NCBI GenBank assembly: GCA_965657355.1
Contig: CBFHOE010000002.1
Location: forward strand, 128,001-192,000
Direction of reading: 5' to 3'
Length of the DNA: 64,000 nt
Origin: Limisphaerales bacterium
Lineage (GTDB): Bacteria; Verrucomicrobiota; Verrucomicrobiia; Limisphaerales; JAJOIW01
A program made the translations under genes and the position numbers. Positions 39,801 through 49,595 of the stretch are shown piece after piece. Numbering within the stretch: the first letter of the stretch is position 1; every line of letters starts with the position of its first letter. The notes beneath the pieces are model-generated. The model was not told the DNA's origin and did no database searches. It was given only the letters and a program-made list of their open reading frames with translations.

Positions 39801-41114
39801 TTAAAATACCAAAGGCTGTATCCAAGCCCTTTTCTTGTCTCCATCCCTAAGTGGTCTTTCCATATCTTTGTTGCTTTCTATCAAGCATCGCACATACAGC
39901 TCATCACCTTTGGGCTTATAATTAGCAAATTTGCCTTTGGTAATCTGAAAAATTTCTCCAATATCATCGCTGTATCTGTGGGTTATTCTTAGTGCATCAC
40001 CACTTGTCGTCCTGATTTTTTTGTTGGTCCGATCAAATCCTTTGCGCGTCCCTATAAATGTAAATGTAAATTCCTCATCCTCTTCAGCTTTCGGATGCAA
40101 TGATAAAGTTTTTGATTTTTCCCAGGTCATTTTTTTAATTTCGACTCCGGAAGAGGCATAGAAGTCGCCATTTTCAATGGCATTTATAATTTCGTTAGGT
40201 TCCAGCTTTGGTGATTTAACCATGATCCACCCCCTACCCGTGATACTTGCAGACCTAGATTCGGTAAAGTAATTGTGCGAATCATCCGTTGCGAGTCCAT
40301 ACATAGGTTTCATCCCTAATACGGCTAATCTCCAGGTTAGAATAATATCCCACATCTTTTCCGTGCTAGCGTGAATTTTATCACCTATATTGCGAACCGA
40401 GGGATGGCCATTGTAGACTTCAAAGAAATTCTCTCCTTCCACTTTCATAAGTTCTTCTGCAGTGACACCCCACCCAAAGTTGGGGTGATTGAGGTGGATA
40501 AGAATAGGTTGCCCGGTTTCTTTTCTCTGCTGAATAACGAGATCGACATTGTTTTGCATGACATCGAGGACGCTCTCCCCGGAAGCCGGCTTTATGACAC
40601 CCTGAAGATTTGATGCATTCATATGGATAGGAGAAGTCAAATATCTAGCTGTGATCTCTTCGCTGGGAATTAAGAGAAATCGACCATCCTGACTGAGCCT
40701 ATCTGAAAATTCCGAAAAAGTTTTCAATCTGATTTCTGTTTGCCCATTTCGGACCCTTTTTTCCACCCACTTATCGCCGAAGGTGCTGACATATCGCTTC
40801 ATGGCTTTTACGCCGCCTTTATTTTTCTCTGGGGATGTCCACCGTTCTGAATTTTGAAATATATTGTGATCGGAGAGAGCAAGGAAATGATACCCGTTGT
40901 CTTTATACCACTTGGCAACGACTTCCGGATAATCATCCCCATCTGACCACAAGGTGTGAGTATGCAAATTTCCTCGCCACCACTTATCGACCTCCTCTTG
41001 CCCACTCAAACACGGATTCAAAACAAATTGAAATAAAGCTACAAGGAATGTCGGACGCATCATATTTCTGGCTGTTTTTTTCATTGGAAATTGTATGTGG
41101 TTCAATTTAAACAT
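39801..41114 (-). CDS. PHP-domain metallohydrolase, exported
   Basis: GNLHTHT.WSDG, SDHN, HMN, NHP, EVYNG and TDDSH PHP-type ligands; signal-like segment. True start may be a few codons downstream. Confidence 0.8.
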   Translation of the reverse strand: MFKLNHIQFPMKKTARNMMRPTFLVALFQFVLNPCLSGQEEVDKWWRGNLHTHTLWSDGDDYPEVVAKWYKDNGYHFLALSDHNIFQNSERWTSPEKNKGGVKAMKRYVSTFGDKWVEKRVRNGQTEIRLKTFSEFSDRLSQDGRFLLIPSEEITARYLTSPIHMNASNLQGVIKPASGESVLDVMQNNVDLVIQQRKETGQPILIHLNHPNFGWGVTAEELMKVEGENFFEVYNGHPSVRNIGDKIHASTEKMWDIILTWRLAVLGMKPMYGLATDDSHNYFTESRSASITGRGWIMVKSPKLEPNEIINAIENGDFYASSGVEIKKMTWEKSKTLSLHPKAEEDEEFTFTFIGTRKGFDRTNKKIRTTSGDALRITHRYSDDIGEIFQITKGKFANYKPKGDELYVRCLIESNKDMERPLRDGDKKRAWIQPLVF

Positions 41115-41192
41115 CAGCGTTTAAATTGAAATCAAAAATAAATATTTTGTTTTCAAATAGTAACTGTTGAGTATGATCCGGCAAAGTTTCAG

Positions 41193-42746
41193 GTGACAGG
41201 TGTCGACCTGAATCGAAAAAATAGTCAGATCTTAAATCTTTGCTCCACAATGGCTGAAGATCCAAACTACAAGTCTCGAATAAAGATTTTGAGAACAGGT
41301 ATTCTAGAGATGCAAGAATACCTGAAAAAGCAATCCATCAGCACCATAATTCTTGTCACTGGTTTTGATGGTGCCGGTAAAGGACAGATAATCCATAGAT
41401 TTAATGAATGGTTGGACCCTCGCACAGTCCAAACTCATTCGTTTTGGCATCATTCTGACGAGGAGCGAGATAGACCGTATTACTGGCGCTATTGGAAATG
41501 CATGCCACCTAAGGGGAAGACAGCTATTTTTTTCGGTTCCTGGTATGCCGACCTCATTGCAGGAAAAGTCTATGGGGAAATCAGCGAGGAGTCATTCCAC
41601 CTTCAGAAGCAAAAAATCCTTTTTTTTGAAAAAATGCTTACCATGGATGGTGTTCATCTCCTGAAATTCTGGCTTCATTTGACGCGAGAGGAGCAACTTT
41701 CAAAAAAAGAAGACCTTGAAAAAAACACCCAGTTCCATTGGAAAACGCAACCGGATGATTGGTTCAATGAGGGGCATTATCAAAAATTTTGGGAGGTATC
41801 AGAATCTGTATTACAGGCAACGGATCATGAGCGTGCTCGTTGGATAAGCATCCCGGCTGCGGACCCGGATTATAGAGATTACCTCGTTGCAAAAAAATTT
41901 GTAGAATCTGTCCAATTAGAAATTAAGGGAGACTCTGAGGCAGAGAATTTAAACCAAAGCCCAGCCCCTGTGCCAAACTCCTTTAGACCATTAGCCCATC
42001 CAAACGGAAGTAAAGAAGAACCAGCATCGAATATAAGTAAGGAGGAGTATGAAACTGTTTTGCCCGAGTTGCAGGAAAAACTTTTTAATTTGGCTTGGGA
42101 ATTCTATTACCAAAAGAAAACCGCCTTTCTTATATTTGAGGGGTGGGATGCCGCCGGTAAAGGCGGTTGCATCAGGCGAATAATTCAATCTATTGACGCT
42201 CGCCTTTTTGAAGTCATTCCAGTTTCAGCTCCAACCCAACAAGAGCATGATCAACATTACTTGTGGCGCTTCTGGAGGGATCTCCCAAGAGCGGGCAGAA
42301 TGGCTATTTTTGACAGATCTTGGTATGGACGAGTTCTGGTAGAGCGTGTAGAAGGGTTTGCCAAGACGAAAGAATGGCAAAGAGCTTATGAGGAAATCAT
42401 AGAGTTTGAGCACCAACTGATTTCTCCGGGAAATGTGATGCAAAAGTTTTGGCTAGAGATTTCACCAGAAACGCAGTTAAAGAGATTTCAAAAGCGACAA
42501 GATATTCCCTTCAAAAGATTTAAAATTGGACCAGAGGATTGGCGAAATAGAGGCAAGTGGGATGAATACCAAATTGCTACAGATGATATGATTCAAAAAA
42601 CAAGCAGCCAATCTGCCCCTTGGGCAGTAATCAATGCGAACAATAAAAAATTCGCTCGCATTGAGGTTTTAAAAATAATTTGCAAAGTTATGTCAGAGGC
42701 TCTCAATCCCGTTTCTAAGAAAAACAGTCCCACCACTGCCCCTTAA
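41193..42746 (+). CDS. pap: Polyphosphate:AMP phosphotransferase (two-domain PPK2, class II)
   Basis: Two PPK2 domains: GFDGAGKG/FFGSWY and EGWDAAGKGG/FDRSWYGRVLVERVEG. Confidence 0.88.
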   Translation: MTGVDLNRKNSQILNLCSTMAEDPNYKSRIKILRTGILEMQEYLKKQSISTIILVTGFDGAGKGQIIHRFNEWLDPRTVQTHSFWHHSDEERDRPYYWRYWKCMPPKGKTAIFFGSWYADLIAGKVYGEISEESFHLQKQKILFFEKMLTMDGVHLLKFWLHLTREEQLSKKEDLEKNTQFHWKTQPDDWFNEGHYQKFWEVSESVLQATDHERARWISIPAADPDYRDYLVAKKFVESVQLEIKGDSEAENLNQSPAPVPNSFRPLAHPNGSKEEPASNISKEEYETVLPELQEKLFNLAWEFYYQKKTAFLIFEGWDAAGKGGCIRRIIQSIDARLFEVIPVSAPTQQEHDQHYLWRFWRDLPRAGRMAIFDRSWYGRVLVERVEGFAKTKEWQRAYEEIIEFEHQLISPGNVMQKFWLEISPETQLKRFQKRQDIPFKRFKIGPEDWRNRGKWDEYQIATDDMIQKTSSQSAPWAVINANNKKFARIEVLKIICKVMSEALNPVSKKNSPTTAP

Positions 42747-43022
42747 TGGTGCTCAAATTTTGAAATAATTACTGGCAATCAATCAGATCATAAAAAAGCT
42801 TTTTATTATAAATCACATGCCCCTTTTACGATCTGCCCCACTTTCTGAATAGATTTTAATCCCGGTTTGCGTTTATTTTCTCATGTCAGTGCCACATCAA
42901 AACTGCCCACCTTTTTATGCACCCAATGATTTTTAATATTTTTTCAAAAGCGTAGGATATATCTGAGTCTCCTGAATTATTATGAGCTATTTATTTGTTA
43001 AATTCTTGAAACATGAGGGAGA

Positions 43023-44057
43023 ATGGATTTGGATGGTGGCGATTCTATGAATAAAGCAAGAGAAGTGATATGCAGAGGGCTGCTTATGGCGGCGATGTGC
43101 CTAGGATTTTTAAATCAAGCAACTGCTTCAGATTTAGTGGAGGCATCACAACAATTCTTGGGGTCGCTTGATGAGGACCAGAGAGCCTTGGCTAGCTTTG
43201 ATTGGAAGAGCGAAGAAAGAAAAGATTGGCACTTTATTCCTAAGTCTCGGAAGGGGTTGCCATTAAAAGATTTAGCCCAGGATCAACAGCATTTGGCATA
43301 CGCTCTCATTTATCAGTGCATGAGCAAACGAGGCAGCCTCGAGTCGCTGAATATAATGTCATTTGAGCAAATTCTTTGGGAAAATGAAAATAAAGCTCCC
43401 CACCGTGATTCCTCCATGTATCACTTCAGTTTTTTTGGAAAAGTATCAGATAAAGGGCATTGGGGATTAAGTATCGAAGGTCACCACTTGTCGTTAAACT
43501 TTACTATATTTGACGGAAATATTATTTCCGCCTCCCCTTCCTTTTATGGAACAAATCCTGATATCATTTTAGATGGACCACGCAAAGGAAGTCAAATATT
43601 AGACCGAGAGCAACTCTTGGCGTTTGAGCTTCTCGATACTCTTTCTGTCAAGCAGAGGCAGATGGCCATCCCGAGCGGGAAAGTACCTAGAGATATTTTA
43701 ACGTCGGCTCAGCAGTCCGTAAACCCCATTGAGCCAAAAGGCCTCAAAATAACTAATATGAATGGAAAGCAAAAGCGTCTCCTTCACAAGCTCATTAGAG
43801 AATATGTTTTCCGACACGATAAAAAAATTGCAACAAAAGAATGGAAAGCCATACAGAAAGACATGACTGTAACTTTTACCTTTATAGGTAGCCCAAAACA
43901 ATTCAACCCGCACTATTACAGGATTCAAGGCAAAGAATTTTTAGTAGAATATGCCAACACTCAAAATGGTGCAAATCATGCACACGCTGTTTATAGAAGG
44001 TTTGATAATGACTTTGGAGCTTCGGCCTTGGCGAAACATCTCAGCGCCGAGCATTAA
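43023..44057 (+). CDS. DUF3500 domain protein
   Basis: Signal-like N-terminus; WHFIP..RKG, W..EGHHLSLN, YYRIQG..FLVEY.N.Q..ANH.H.V.R...NDFG pattern. Confidence 0.82.
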   Translation: MDLDGGDSMNKAREVICRGLLMAAMCLGFLNQATASDLVEASQQFLGSLDEDQRALASFDWKSEERKDWHFIPKSRKGLPLKDLAQDQQHLAYALIYQCMSKRGSLESLNIMSFEQILWENENKAPHRDSSMYHFSFFGKVSDKGHWGLSIEGHHLSLNFTIFDGNIISASPSFYGTNPDIILDGPRKGSQILDREQLLAFELLDTLSVKQRQMAIPSGKVPRDILTSAQQSVNPIEPKGLKITNMNGKQKRLLHKLIREYVFRHDKKIATKEWKAIQKDMTVTFTFIGSPKQFNPHYYRIQGKEFLVEYANTQNGANHAHAVYRRFDNDFGASALAKHLSAEH

Positions 44058-44091
44058 TTTATAAGTGAATGCTGAGATTTAAATAAAACTT

Positions 44092-44120
44092 AAAAGAGCC
44101 CCAAAATCGGGGCTCTTTTT
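44092..44120. terminator. Bidirectional Rho-independent terminator
   Basis: AAAAGAGCCCC-AAAATC-GGGGCTCTTTT perfect inverted repeat between convergent genes. Confidence 0.8.
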
Positions 44121-44213
44121 GTTTAATTTAAAGTAAATGCTACGATCTTTATTCTTAACTAAAAGTATTCATCAACGTTCACCTTCTGCACAGATATAAT
44201 TAGAGAATAACTC

Positions 44214-44417
44214 TTATCCCATCTCGCCTTCTGCACGAATTGATTCGTCGACTTTTCTAGCGAGCTTGATTGCTTGGGCGACGGACTCGTTGATCATATC
44301 TTGTTCATTGTCACTATTCACCGAACCGGATTGAATCTTCGCTGCGAAAATTGAAGCAGCAGATTCCAAGACTCCAATCTCGGTGCTTTGAAGGTTGATG
44401 TATTCTTGGCTGGCCAT
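44214..44417 (-). CDS. Small hypothetical protein
   Basis: 67-aa ORF with ATG start, same strand as and just downstream of the ABC-F gene, upstream of a terminator; helical amphipathic composition. Confidence 0.65.
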   Translation of the reverse strand: MASQEYINLQSTEIGVLESAASIFAAKIQSGSVNSDNEQDMINESVAQAIKLARKVDESIRAEGEMG

Positions 44418-44476
44418 AGTATAAATTAGTGGTTTTTCATGAGCGAATCAAGGAAACCTGCATTGCTTCAAGGATT

Positions 44477-46390
44477 TTATTGCGATTGTGATTTGATATT
44501 TTCTAATTCTTCCCAGCGGGCGTAAAGATCCGAGGTCATTTGTTTTGCTTTTTCTAAATCTTCGTTTAACTGGGTTATTTTTGTGCCGTGTTTAGAGTGG
44601 AACTCAGGGTCTGCAAAAGTATTCTCTATCTCCTCTACTTTTGATTCGGCCTCCATCACTTTTGACTCTATCTCCTCAAGCTCTTTTTTCTCATTCCATG
44701 TTAATTTTCTCGCTTTAAGTGGCTGGTGGCTATCCTTGGCCTTGTTTTCTACCAGTTTAGATTTTGATTGGGATCGAGATTTTGATTTCAGTTGTTCCTT
44801 TCTCTGGTCTTTCTTTTCGATGTAATAATCAAGATTTCCAACGGAATAGTCCACTTGACCATTTCCCTCGAATGAGATAATGCCATTGCAAACTCGATTT
44901 AAAAAATATCGATCATGACTGACAACTAAAACACACCCATTGAATGTCATTAGGCCCTCTTCAAGAATCCTCAGGGTTGATAAATCCAAATCATTGGTTG
45001 GCTCGTCGAGGATCAAGAAGTTACCACCATTTTTTATAACTTTTGCTAATGCGACTCTATTTTTCTCACCTCCGGATAAGTGACTTATTTTGCATTTGAG
45101 ACTGGAGTCGGAAAACAAGAATCTTTTTAGATAAGCTCGAACCGAAAGTTTTTGATTTCCAAACATGACCCAATCAGCTCCTTCTCCTACTTCCTGAATG
45201 ATGTCATTTTCGGGATTCAGATCAGACCTATTTTGATCGATGTAATTAAATTCGGTTCGGTCACCTATGAAAACAGATCCGGAAGTGGGTTTGAGATCTC
45301 CAGTAATGACTCTGAGCAAACTGGTTTTACCCAGCCCGTTTCTTCCCGTGATGCCGATTCTCTGACCCGCTTCGAAATGAAAATCTAGGGAATGAATAAG
45401 CTTTTTCTCTCCAAAGCTTATCTCGACATTGTCCAGTTCTAGAATTCGATTTGCCAAAGCCGGCGGAGGCGGGATGATCAGATCGACCTCTAGCTCTCTT
45501 TCAGGCCCTTCTTCATTTTTGATTTCATGATACTTGTCTAAACGGGCTTTGGACTTTGTCGTCCTTGCCTTAGGACCTCTTCTTACCCACTCAATTTCAT
45601 TTCTAAGAAAACGTTGTCTGTTTTCTTCGCTGCGTTGGGCCAAGGCCAACCTCTCTGCTTTAGCCTCAAGGTAGTCTGAATAGTTGCCTTGATAAGAGTG
45701 AATAATGCCGGCTGCAGACTCGAGAATCCTATCACAAACCTGATCTAAAAAATATCGATCATGTGTTACCATAAGAAACCCACCGGAAAACTGATTTAGG
45801 AATTGCGCCAACCAATCAATTGAGTCGGGGTCGAGATGGTTAGTAGGCTCATCCAATAAAAGAAAATCGGGCTGCCCCACAATAGCTCGAGCCAAAGCAA
45901 TTCGCCTTTTTTCTCCACCACTTAAATGGCTGGTTGCTGACTCCAGGGGTGGAGTCCGGAGGTTTTCAACAATCACCTTAATTCTATGATCAAGATCCCA
46001 CCCCCCAGCAGACTGAATCAAAGCATCTAACTCGGCGTGACGATTACCGTAGCCATCTAGTTCCTCATATTCACTAATCCATTCTAGGATATCTCCAGCC
46101 CCTTTCCGGATATTGTGGTAAACTGACAATTCGGGATCTAATTTCGTTTCCTGGGGCAAATAGTGTATGCGCAGATTTTTCCTAATGTGGACCTTCCCAT
46201 CATCTGGAATCAGATTGCCGGCACAAATTTTCAAAAAGCTGGATTTACCGGCTCCATTTTGTCCCACGAGTCCTATTTTATCATTTTGCCCCAAGCTTGC
46301 TGTGGCCGATCTCAGAACTTGTAAATCATTATATTTCAGAACGATTTCTTGGGCACTGATGACCGCTGTTTCACTTGGTTTTGGTGGCAT
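44477..46390 (-). CDS. uup: ABC-F family ATP-binding protein (Uup-like)
   Basis: Two ABC domains (GQNGAGKS/LSGGEKRR/LDEPTNHLD and GRNGLGKT/LSGGEKNR/LDEPTNDLD), ARTTKSKAR linker and C-terminal coiled coil ending LYARWEEL; no TM segments. Confidence 0.88.
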   Translation of the reverse strand: MPPKPSETAVISAQEIVLKYNDLQVLRSATASLGQNDKIGLVGQNGAGKSSFLKICAGNLIPDDGKVHIRKNLRIHYLPQETKLDPELSVYHNIRKGAGDILEWISEYEELDGYGNRHAELDALIQSAGGWDLDHRIKVIVENLRTPPLESATSHLSGGEKRRIALARAIVGQPDFLLLDEPTNHLDPDSIDWLAQFLNQFSGGFLMVTHDRYFLDQVCDRILESAAGIIHSYQGNYSDYLEAKAERLALAQRSEENRQRFLRNEIEWVRRGPKARTTKSKARLDKYHEIKNEEGPERELEVDLIIPPPPALANRILELDNVEISFGEKKLIHSLDFHFEAGQRIGITGRNGLGKTSLLRVITGDLKPTSGSVFIGDRTEFNYIDQNRSDLNPENDIIQEVGEGADWVMFGNQKLSVRAYLKRFLFSDSSLKCKISHLSGGEKNRVALAKVIKNGGNFLILDEPTNDLDLSTLRILEEGLMTFNGCVLVVSHDRYFLNRVCNGIISFEGNGQVDYSVGNLDYYIEKKDQRKEQLKSKSRSQSKSKLVENKAKDSHQPLKARKLTWNEKKELEEIESKVMEAESKVEEIENTFADPEFHSKHGTKITQLNEDLEKAKQMTSDLYARWEELENIKSQSQ

Positions 46391-46401
46391 TTTATTACGA
46401 C

Positions 46402-46436
46402 AAAAAAAAGCCCCGGTAAAATGGTGTCCGGGGTTA
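46402..46436 (-). terminator. Rho-independent terminator after the DeaD-like gene
   Basis: Minus strand reads AACCCCGG-loop-CCGGGGC followed by 8 T. Confidence 0.7.
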
Positions 46437-46459
46437 TTTCAAAACTTCAAAATGAATGA

Positions 46460-48241
46460 CTATTCGTAGCTTCCACCGCCGTTAGAGCGCTTGTGATATG
46501 AGGAGGACTGATTATTTCCTTTGTTGCGATATCCCCCTCCGCCTCGCCGACCACCACCAGACCTATTACCTCTGCCTCTATCTCTGTCATTGGAATTTTT
46601 ACTCCCGCCTGAATGGCCAAATTCTGCTTTAATCTTAATGCCATTGATATTTGTTTGGTTAAGACTGTCTAGAACTAGATCACTATGTTCCTTTGCTACT
46701 TCTACCAAGACGTTATTATCAAAAATTTCTATCATACCGACGCAATCTGCAGAAAGGCCAGTTTCACCAAGAATAGCTCCAACGACGTGATTAGGCTTTA
46801 TCTGGTCCCTGTATCCAACATTCAGAGAAATTTGGGTCATAGCCTGGCTGTTGGCTGGTCTCTGTTTTTTAGGTGCAGCAGATCTTTTGAAGTTATTATC
46901 TCTCTGTCCCCCTGATTGTCCGCTGTGCCTTCGAGATTGACGGGGCTCACTATTGCCGCGTGCCTTACTTTGTAAATCCAAAGCATGCTCTATCAAAACA
47001 GAAATGGTTTCATGAGAACCTTTTGAAATTGAGAGAAGTTTCTCAACAATATCCTGACGTTGTCGAAAGTCACCTCGTGCAAGCTTTGCCTTAAGTAAAT
47101 CTACCAACTTATTTTCTTCATCCGAGCCTGCTCCATCCAAGAAAGGCACCTGAAATCTTCTTAAAGATTTCTTGAGGGCGGATTCAATAGCATCGATCTG
47201 GCCTAATTCATCCTTGGCGACAAGAATAATATTCTTCTCATGTATTTTGACTCTGTCAGCAAAGTCATCAATCTCATCACTGAGCTCATACTGAATGACG
47301 GACTTGATTCCATCCATATCAAGACCAACACTGCCAAGGTCAGTCGTTACCAAAAAATCAATATCTCCAGCACTGAATGTATCCATTGTGTCATTCTTTA
47401 CTGAGTCCTCAGTTGAGCCATTTAGCTTGGCTGTTTTATAGCCTCTTTCTGCAAAAAAATCACTTATGGACTCTAATGATTGCCTGGAATTGACAAAAAC
47501 GACACTCGGGCTCACGAGTTGGGTTTCAAGGAGACGTTCGAGGACTTCAGGCTTAGATAATTTACCCGTTTCAAAGACCTCTTCCTTTAGGCTGGATTCC
47601 AGGTCAACGGAAGGCTCAATGGAAACTTGTACATATTCTTCAGTAAATTGTTCCGTGACTCCCAAGACACTTTCTGAATCCGAATTCGTGAAAGCGACGA
47701 ATTGGGTATCTTCAGTAGTAGACTCCAATAGAGTTTCAATAATTTCATCGGTTGTCGTAGCTACAACCTCAGATAGCTCATCGATGATGATGGCATTTAA
47801 ATCGTCAAAACTGATCGTCTCTTCCTCTATGTGCTTGGTGAGCTCCGAAAGGGTGGCGACCAATATGTGAGGCTGGGCTTTTACGACTCTTTCGAGTAAA
47901 TCCGCAGACTGACCATTGTAAATATTCGCAATTGAAATATTGGGTGTCCCCGCATTGAGAGTTCGTAATGACCGAGTAACCGAAAGCACCCTAGCTCGGT
48001 TACTGACAACAATAAGAAATTGAATACCTGACTTTTCAGAATCAACTAAATCAATAACAGATAATCCATATGTCTCGACAACTCCGGCAGATGATTGACA
48101 CTTGGCAAGAACATCTTTTCTTTCTTTAATAAGTGGGATGCACTCCGTTTGGAGTGATGAACACCTTTCTAATCCTATCTTCTCTACCGCACTTTTAATC
48201 TCCGGTGAGACCTGTAATTCACTAAACAAGCTCCTCTGCAT
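46460..48241 (-). CDS. DeaD/CsdA-like DEAD-box protein with degenerate helicase motifs, DbpA-type RNA-binding domain and RGG tail
   Basis: Colinear with DeaD (Q-motif region F..L......I..A....G.....LQ..CIP, VFVNS, LVTTD....GLD) and with a DbpA RBD (LNVGYRDQIKPNHVVGAI.GETG.....VG.IEIFD...LVEV). Motifs I, II, III and VI are altered. Intact 593-aa frame. Confidence 0.85.
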   Translation of the reverse strand: MQRSLFSELQVSPEIKSAVEKIGLERCSSLQTECIPLIKERKDVLAKCQSSAGVVETYGLSVIDLVDSEKSGIQFLIVVSNRARVLSVTRSLRTLNAGTPNISIANIYNGQSADLLERVVKAQPHILVATLSELTKHIEEETISFDDLNAIIIDELSEVVATTTDEIIETLLESTTEDTQFVAFTNSDSESVLGVTEQFTEEYVQVSIEPSVDLESSLKEEVFETGKLSKPEVLERLLETQLVSPSVVFVNSRQSLESISDFFAERGYKTAKLNGSTEDSVKNDTMDTFSAGDIDFLVTTDLGSVGLDMDGIKSVIQYELSDEIDDFADRVKIHEKNIILVAKDELGQIDAIESALKKSLRRFQVPFLDGAGSDEENKLVDLLKAKLARGDFRQRQDIVEKLLSISKGSHETISVLIEHALDLQSKARGNSEPRQSRRHSGQSGGQRDNNFKRSAAPKKQRPANSQAMTQISLNVGYRDQIKPNHVVGAILGETGLSADCVGMIEIFDNNVLVEVAKEHSDLVLDSLNQTNINGIKIKAEFGHSGGSKNSNDRDRGRGNRSGGGRRGGGGYRNKGNNQSSSYHKRSNGGGSYE

Positions 48242-48468
48242 TCGATTTAACTACTTTGAATTTTATGAAACCACGGAGGCAAACAACCCGACGTCTAACT
48301 ATCACCGTTATCCAAGTCGCATCCCCAACAACATACCACGATTCATTTTCGATACCCTTCCAAATCCTGGGACAAGAACCAGTTCAAACTTTAATTTGAT
48401 CCGGTTGACCGCGTTAATTTTATAAATTTGTGAAAAAAAGCAAGTACTTTGATCGTCTAAAAGCAAAA

Positions 48469-49572
48469 TTAAACATTAAATCGGAAAAGCATGACGTCAC
48501 CGTCCTTCACTTCATAGTCCTTTCCTTCGATTCTGTAGAGGCCTTTGTCTCTGGCTGCAGAGACAGACCCACAATCGACTAAGTCCTCGTAGGCTACTGT
48601 CTCTGCCTTAATAAATCCTCTTTCAAAATCAGTATGGATAACGCCAGCAGCTTGAGGCGCCGTATCACCGATATGTATCGTCCATGCGCGCACTTCCTTT
48701 TCTCCTGCCGTGAAGTAGGTTCTTAGACCAAGAAGCGAATACGCCGCCTTTATAAGGGCTCCTACGCCGGATTCCTGGACCCCAAGGTCTGCCAAAAACT
48801 CCCGAGCCTCATCCTGAGACAAATCAACGAGGTCAGACTCAATTTGAGCACTAATAATTACCGTTTCGCAGCCGTGATGCTCTTTGGCATATTCAATGAC
48901 TCGCTTGACGTATTCATTCTCAGCAGCACTGCTGAGCTCGTCCTCTTTTACGTTGGCAGCGAATAAAGTGGGTTTGGATGTGAGCAAGAAAAAGCCTTTA
49001 GCAATATCTGACTCCTCTGAATCCAATTCCAAAGTGAGAACGGGTTTGCCTTCATCCAAGTGAGAGATCAACTTCTCAAGAACAGAACTTTGGGCAACCG
49101 CCTCTTTGTTTGCTCTTTTGACCTCTTTCGCCAACCTTTCAAATTGGCGCTTACAAGATTCCATGTCCGCTAAAATAAGCTCGGTGGAAATTGTTTCTAT
49201 GTCTCGAATTGGATCTATCGATCCCTCAACATGATGAATGTCAGCGTCTTCAAAACACCTTACAACCTGGATAATCGCGTCAGTTTCGCGAATATTGCTC
49301 AAGAATTTATTTCCAAGTCCCTCGCCATCGGCTGCCCCTTTCACTAAGCCAGCGATGTCAACAAACTCAATGGCAGCAGGAATGATTGTTTTGGTTTTAG
49401 CTATAGTGGCAAGCGTATCGAGGCGGTCATCAGGAACATTGACAATCCCTACATTGGGATCAATCGTGCAAAATGGGTAGTTTCCCGATTCCGCATTCCG
49501 TGTTCTTGTGACGGCATTAAAAAGGGTCGATTTTCCAACATTTGGCAATCCAACTATTCCAGCTCTTAGCAT
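48469..49572 (-). CDS. ychF: Ribosome-binding ATPase YchF
   Basis: GIVGLPNVGKST, NYPFCTIDPN, DIAGLVKGA, YFTAGEKEVRAW, IHTDFERGFIKAE and DGDVMLFRFNV motifs. Confidence 0.97.
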   Translation of the reverse strand: MLRAGIVGLPNVGKSTLFNAVTRTRNAESGNYPFCTIDPNVGIVNVPDDRLDTLATIAKTKTIIPAAIEFVDIAGLVKGAADGEGLGNKFLSNIRETDAIIQVVRCFEDADIHHVEGSIDPIRDIETISTELILADMESCKRQFERLAKEVKRANKEAVAQSSVLEKLISHLDEGKPVLTLELDSEESDIAKGFFLLTSKPTLFAANVKEDELSSAAENEYVKRVIEYAKEHHGCETVIISAQIESDLVDLSQDEAREFLADLGVQESGVGALIKAAYSLLGLRTYFTAGEKEVRAWTIHIGDTAPQAAGVIHTDFERGFIKAETVAYEDLVDCGSVSAARDKGLYRIEGKDYEVKDGDVMLFRFNV

Positions 49573-49595
49573 AATTCAGGACGGAACTTAATGAA

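Noticed and set aside
46460..48241. Calling the DeaD-like gene a pseudogene
   Set aside because: No frameshift or internal stop, and the RNA-binding domain and terminator are preserved; kept as a CDS.
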